A DNA stretch of 64,000 nt. It comes from Xylographa opegraphella (lineage: Eukaryota). This document shows, one piece after another, positions 57,635-64,000 of this stretch; position 1 is the stretch's first letter; each line of letters starts with the position of its first letter. A program made the translations under genes and the position numbers. The stretch spans positions 248,001 to 312,000 of the forward strand of contig JALDZX010000023.1 of the NCBI GenBank assembly GCA_022813865.1, given 5' to 3'. The notes beneath the pieces were generated by a model, which saw only the letters and a list, made by a program, of their open reading frames with translations, was not told where the DNA came from and did no database searches.

Positions 57635-60606
57635 TTACACGTCCGCCGGCCCCTTAACCATGTCAGACCCCATTTCAAGACCGACGTCTACTTCGTCCTT
57701 GACCCCGAGCGCAATATCCAATTCTTCCGCTGCTTGTGTCTCCACCTCCATCTCATTTCCGTCAGCCTCGATATCTTTATCTCCCATGCTTGAGTCAGCT
57801 TCGCCATTGGCGAGGACTTCGTCGTCGTCACCGATCGTCATGCGCTCTTCCTCCTTAACGGAGGAGCTGTCAACAACTTTGTGCCGGTCTTTTGAATGGT
57901 CCATGAGCGGGATGTCCTCGTTGTAGAGCCGGAGGAGCAATGCCTTGCGGTCTTCTTTGGGAAGCATAAGGTTCAACGAGCTGAGACTTCGCCATAGAGG
58001 GAAAACCATCCGTTCACTGTGATCAGTCATTAGCCTTTGACATCTCTCCGGCACATGCATGTGATTGGTCCAAACCTGAAGCCGTCCTCCCCCTCACCGG
58101 GCTCCACTCGCAGCACACAGCAGCCCATGTCCATGTCCCTTACTCTTTCGCCAATTTCCCCCAATTCTTGCCAGCCATTTCCTCCCACCTTCGGGAACAT
58201 CTCCACCAAAAGATACTTCAACGTTTTCCGACTTCGTAACCTCACCACTCTTTCTTCTCCAACCCATGCTTCCAATATAGGCAAGCCGTCCGTCTGAATC
58301 CGCCATTCGCAAGTTCCCTCTCTTTGAACAGCCTGTTTAACAAACATCTTGATTCCACAGTGTACAAATTTTAACCCTTTGCCTTCATTTTCTGTCAGAA
58401 TCGAACGTCCTAATTCAGATGTGTAATAAATCGTCTTGACAGGATTGCCACTAGCGTTGCGGACCATGAAACGATCACGAGGAAACCGCGGATTTATTTG
58501 GTAGAAGGCAAATATAGTAACAAGGTCGGGATGATTCGGATCAAGAAACTTGAACGGTTCTTCAAACATCTGGTTGTTTCTCTTCTTGGTTTGACTTGCC
58601 AACGGGGTTGGCAATGGCTCAGATATTTTCGGAATTGGTCCCGGTTGACTGATGGGACGGGTAAGATCCAGCTCAGCGCCAGGAGGCGGAGGATAGTGGA
58701 CTTGACGATCCTCTGCTCCTTGCGGAGCTGGGCCATCATCCTCTTCACGGAACTTCGGTCGCTTTGTTGCCATCTCTGCGTCAGCGATCTCATCAAGTTC
58801 TCGCTTCTCCCTCGACACAGCGTAGCTAGGCGCGTTTTCTTTATTTTGCCTAGCTGTTGCAGATGGATCATCATTGTCGCCGTCTGACAATTGTGGAGGT
58901 GCAATATCGTCTAAGGCTTTTATATGCTCGATTGCATCCGATCCGTTTGGCTTTGCTTCCAGTTCCTCAACGACCGCTATGACGGATGTCTTCGACGCTG
59001 CCTTGAAGGTTTGCTCTTTGGATCTGTTTGCTTCTCCATCACCTCGGGCTCGTAGTTCGGTTTTCTTTTGCAGAACAGTGATGAAGAACGATCCAGTGTC
59101 TTGCTGGTGCCCATAGACGCGCATACACCTTTCCAAAGGCACCCTCTGTCCTGCGATACCCTCTCCTGATTGCGGGAACATCTCTTCTACAACCTTGTTC
59201 GCTCCGGTATCGCCAATTGCTGTTCTAGCATGTTCGACTTCCTGCCACGAGGTCCATATCTTACCCTGCTTATCCATAACTTTCCATGAGGTCAGACCAT
59301 GACTTCGCCTAAGCTCTGGAAGCGCGCTACTGCAATCGACAAGTTCGACTTTATCTAGACCACCACAGCGGGCGAATGCCGCTGCCACCACTGCTTCATT
59401 CTCCATTGGATTCATACTACAGGTTGAATAGACGACACGGCCCCCTGCTTTCAGCATCTGTATTGCGCGAAACAGGATCCGTACTTGGGTTGGAAATAAT
59501 CCGATCGCGTTTCCAGGGTTCCAATCTCTCCACACGTTGACATTTTTGCGACAAGTCCCATCACCAGAACATGGGACGTCTGCTAGAATACGGTCGAACT
59601 TAAGATACTTTCCTTTGGCAATCGCGCCATGTGGTGTGGGGTCGGACGGTAGCTTGATCGAGGGATATATGGTTGCGTCGTGATTTGTAACGATAAGATT
59701 TGGGGAATTCAGCCTCTTCATCTGATGTATCAGCAAATGCGCCCTCTTGTAGTCGATATCATTCGCTATGAGTAAGCCAGTGGTCCTGCCATCATCTGAC
59801 CAATCACCAATCCGCTCTTCTTCCTGAATCTCAAGCTTGATCTCATTACCGTCAGAACTTATCTCACGGCCATCCTCTTTCTTGATCTCGCGAATGATCT
59901 TCCTCGTGCGAGCTTCCTCTCCGCCATGTACCATCTCGATAAGCTGAGCCGACTTACTTCCTGGTGCAGCACAAAGATCCAGCACCGTCATTCCAGGGCG
60001 AATGTCCATTAACAGCGGCGGGATCATGCTCACAGCTTCTTGCCTGCTGATATTCCCTACACTAGTTTCGGATACTAAAAACTTCTGGAATGAGGAGAAG
60101 GGTCCAAAGCGCCGGACTACAGCCTTGGGGGTGGTCATTTGCCATCCCAAGTCGTCCGGATACCAAGGTAGCGGAGCTGGAGGCTCCACTGCTCGGCCTT
60201 CATATTGGATGGAAGTGATTTCGGGGATGTAATGATTTTTCAGCCTCTGTTGGACCGGAATAGCATGCCTAAGAAATCGGTTTAGTCGCAGCTTATACCC
60301 GGCAGACACCGATCAGAACACACCCTTTCGAGCCTGTGAAGCGAAAACTGTTGGGCAGTTCTCTTTTCAACGCCGCCCAAAATTCGGATCGCTCTTCCGG
60401 CGGTACGATTCCCAAGTCATTATAGTATTTCTCGTAGAGCTCGTTTTGTTTTGGGACTTCCTGATAATCCGCTCTTTCTGGTCGTTGGCCTCCTTTGCCT
60501 CCTTTGCCTCCGCCTCGCCCACGTTGGAACTATCGAGTGTCAGAGATGTCACTGGCTGTCAGCAAGTCCAGGACGTACTAACTCTCTTGCCCCCACGTCT
60601 ACCCAT
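57635..60606 (-). CDS. NCL1: tRNA cytosine-C5 methyltransferase (NSUN2); spliced
   Basis: MGRRGGKR start, GNISRQEAVSMIPP, VLDLCAAPGSKS, FDRILADVPCSGDGT, VYSTCSMNP.ENEAVV. Confidence 0.96.
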
Positions 60607-61332
60607 CTTCCTGCTCAACGTGCACGTGGTGTCTGTTTTTTATCGTGACGGTTCAAAAGCTCATGGAGCTCTGACTGGCTTTGATAGTCGAGCCCTCAAG
60701 CGGGGCTTTTCTCGGGCCGAGTCTTAGTCCGCCCACGATATAGCTGGTCTTGCTCAGGCGGGTTTTACATTCATTCAGTATCTTCCAAAAAAAAATAACA
60801 TAAAAAGCAGGTAGTTTAAGCCTGACATTATGCATCGTTTCTGCTATTTGAGAATAAATAAGACTATCACTTCGTTTTGTAAAATGGACGAATTTCGCTG
60901 GGTTGCTTAATACTCGGTGTCCCATTCGCACCCAAAACACCATCTTTGTTTATCACAGGTTGCTGGCATAAGGTAACACTTGATCATTCATCGGTGATGC
61001 ATAGCGGCTATTAACGGATGCTCGTCTATTCGTGAGACAAATTTCGAGCCTATGGGATATGGTATGATGGTTCGAGTTCGGTATCTGATCCGACACGAAC
61101 TACGCGAACCCCGCAGATCACTACAGGTCATGCTTCTGTCTCTGCGCACCTACTCCGTTGGGAGAAGGATCGGAGGATTCCACCCCCGTTTAAATCTGTC
61201 CTCGTGCTTGGGCCGTCCTTCTTCATTACAAACTGCTGCCTGTTGAAAGGAAATAGCTAGAGATATTGTATCGCTGCTCAACCGTGTACATATTGATTTG
61301 ACCGTGAACGAGCGATTACAACCGCCTGCAAT

Positions 61333-62358
61333 ATGCCTCCTCCATCTGCCACAACCACAGAGGCGTATACCAATGGTGATGCGAAACCTTCAGCCATGGC
61401 TCCCCACGAACCAGGCTTATCGGAAACCAAGGCAAAGGTCCAGATGCCGAGGTTCCCAGGGCCGCGAAAGTTCCAGGACAAGTACGAAGAGCGAGACTAC
61501 CTGAAGGGCCGCTTGGCTGCTGCGTTCCGTATTTTCGGGAAATATGGATTCGATGAAGGTGTGGCCGGGCACATTACAATGCGAGATCCTGTTGACCCGA
61601 CCACTTTCTGGGTCAATCCGTTCGGTGTGGCATTCAGTATGATGCGGAAGAGCGATTTGATCCAGGTCGATCACAGTGGAAAAGTCATCGATGGTGGAGA
61701 AGTCAGACTTCTCAATGCCGCTGCTTATATGATACATGCTGCCATTCATTCGGCCCGTCCTGACGTTTTATGTGCTTGCCACAGCCACAGTATATACGGG
61801 AGGTCATTCTGCGCCTTGGGCAGGCCCTTGGATATCATTACACAGGATTCATGTGCTTTTCATAATGTCGGCCAGCCTGTTGACCGATGATTGCAAGCGC
61901 TGACAGTCTCTTTAGGATCATGTTCTCTACACCGCTTTCAATGGCATAGTCTTGGCCGAGAAAGAGGGTCTTGATATTGCAGCCTGTCTGGGAAACAAGA
62001 AAGCTGCTTTACTCCAAAACCATGGTCTCTTGACTGTCGGTGCGACTATCGAGGCGGCCGTGTTCTGGTTCATCAGTCTGGAGAAGTGCTGCCATGCTCA
62101 GCTGATGGCGGATGCAGCTGCCGGCGGAAGAGGGGGCGAGACGAAGAAGATTGGCGACGAAGAGGCGGCTTACACATATAAGACGATTGGGACACCACTA
62201 GCAGGTGTAAGATAACCCCCTACCTGGCGAGCATTCGGCCCATGCTCTGGCTTCTTGTACTGATGAGCAATACTAATTCTGCGGGTGTGTAGTGGTTCAG
62301 CGCCAAACCGGAGTTCGACAAGATGTACAAGGCGGAAGGCGACGAGTTTTTACAATAA
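61333..62358 (+). CDS. Class II aldolase/adducin-domain protein; 2 introns
   Basis: FDEGVAGHITMRDP, FWVNPFG, AAYMIHAAIH, CHSHS, LLQNHGLLT. Confidence 0.93.
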
Positions 62359-63003
62359 ACAGATAGGAGTCTGTTCGATCGTCCAGCATGAAATGTTTGG
62401 CAACATGGGGGATAGGAAGGAACGGCGAAGGGTGCACCCAGAATGCTCAAGGACTGTAAAAAAAAATGACTATAAAATACTTTACATATCCCTAACTGGG
62501 CTCGGTTCTGCATTCGGGGGATCTGAGAGACTCGATGTATGAGTGATTAGGTCACAGGCATGAATGGCCACAGAAGCATCTCCATGTGCATAAAGGTAGG
62601 TCGAGTGTGGAGTTCGGGTCAGTGCACGGCTACCCGAAGGCCAGTACTGTCAGCGTCTTTCCGAATCAGATTGCTGAGAAGCGCGCTATGGTCGAGAAGA
62701 TCATTGCATACAATCTGGAACCCTAGACACCGTCAAAGTTTTCGAGATTTACTTCCCTATATCATCAGTAAGTAGCAGAAGCAGCGAGTAGAACGTGTCA
62801 CATGTCAGGGCACTCGAATAGGGTATCAAGCGCCAAGCCGCAAGGGGGCCTGCAACAGCCTCGGTCCAGCGGGCAGCCTTGTGTGTGTCCAGGTCCTAAC
62901 GCCGGGGTTCCGAGAGTAGGTCATAAGCTTCTTGTGCCTTTGATTTGCGCACGATATTTGGACCATTGATCTGCCTGTACTCGCGTGCGTCAGGCTTAGA
63001 GTA

Positions 63004-64000
63004 ATGACCGCTTCGTCGTCCTCGTCTTCGACGCCGACACTGCCGTCTACGGAAGAAGTCAAAACCGAAGTCGTCGCGGCCACCAAATCCACTCTCTCGG
63101 GGCTCCGCTCTCTGGCTGCGGGTGGGGTCGGCGGGATCTGCGCGGTCCTCGTGGGGCATCCGTTCGACTTGGTGAAAGTACGATTACAGACCGCGGACAA
63201 GGGCGTGTATACGGGAGCCACTGATGTTGTGCGGAAAACGGTAGCCCGGGAAGGGCTGGTCAGGGTTAGGAGTGCGGTGGCAGGCATTGCTTCTATTGCT
63301 AATCCACTTGACGGCAGGGACTCTATGCGGGCGTCTCAGCGCCGTTAGTCGGAGTGACTCCTATGTGTATGTGTCTCTGCCATCGGTGCCCACGGATTTG
63401 GCTAACATTGAGACAGTCGCTGTCAGCTTCTGGGTTAGCAGCCCAAGCACCCTACCTCGATGCTCCTGTGTTAACTGCGGGAATGTCAGGGTTACGATGT
63501 TGGCAAATCCCTCGTCCGCTCATTCTCCCCCGCCACCACTGCCAACCAACAATTTACTATTGCACAAGTCTCAGCGGCGGGCTTCTTCTCGGCAATACCG
63601 ATGACGTTGATCACGGCTCCATTCGAGCGAGTCAAAGTCCTCCTACAAATCCAAGGTCAAAAGCAACTGGCACCTGGCGAGAAGCCGCGGTATTCTGGCG
63701 GATTGGACGTGGTCAAGCAGCTTTATAAGGAAGGGGGCATACGCAGTGTCTTCCGTGGTAGTGTTATGACCCTAGCCAGAGACGGGCCGGGGAGCGCGGC
63801 ATACTTCGCGACGTATGAGTACGTCAAGCGAAGGATGACTCCGAAAGACGCAGCTGGAAACCCATCCGGAGATCTCAGTCTGACCGCGGTGATGACTGCC
63901 GGAGGAGCCGCTGGCGTAGCCATGTGGATTCCTGTCTTCCCGATTGACACCGTCAAGTCGAGATTGCAGAGTGCTGACGGTCGACCGACCATTGGCGGGA
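63004..64000 (+). CDS. CRC1: Mitochondrial carnitine/acylcarnitine carrier, 3' end runs off the window; spliced
   Basis: AGGVGGICAVLVGHPFDLVKVRLQT, APFERVKVLLQIQ, ARDGPGSAAYFATYE, FPIDTVKSRLQ. Confidence 0.93.

Noticed and set aside
61040..61110. GGTTCGAGT T-loop-like motif
   Set aside because: No cloverleaf stems or A-box; not a tRNA.
1..64000. Stop-codon readthrough (TGA-CTA) or cryptic PTS1 extensions; transposase/RT domains; PKS/NRPS cluster
   Set aside because: None seen at the gene ends I inspected, and no such domains in the ORF track.

Overview
Gene-dense, intron-containing nuclear DNA from a filamentous ascomycete (Pezizomycotina). Short 45-150 nt GT/GC-AG introns with CTRAC-type branch points support this; a finer taxonomic call is not supported by the sequence alone. 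About 27 protein-coding genes are recognisable. Housekeeping genes: PEX7, an FTS/AKTIP-like inactive E2, MTG2, MSS116, ALG1, MSC2, a TFIIIC subunit, NCL1/TRM4 and CRC1. Accessory genes: a secreted SnoaL-like protein, a KP4-killer-toxin-like secreted protein on a Pro/Ala stalk, a GH10 xylanase, an MRJP/yellow protein, a PTH11-like receptor, an Atg22-like transporter, a CYSTM protein and a GPI-type protein. No tRNA, rRNA, CRISPR or intact transposon was seen. The most notable unexplained structures are: (i) a three-gene divergent unit (PlsC acyltransferase plus two orphans) in which all three proteins carry similar Lys/Pro/Ala-rich regions and the shared promoter holds three CRE/ATF sites; (ii) recurrent, orientation-independent C-rich to G-rich strand-skew switch points; (iii) a ~6 kb accessory island with effector-like genes and decayed ORFs between MTG2 and MSS116; (iv) non-canonical splicing and initiation (a GC-AG intron, weak donors, an FTS-like gene with no in-frame AUG). 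Exon boundaries were derived by eye, and family calls come from motif recognition, not database searches.
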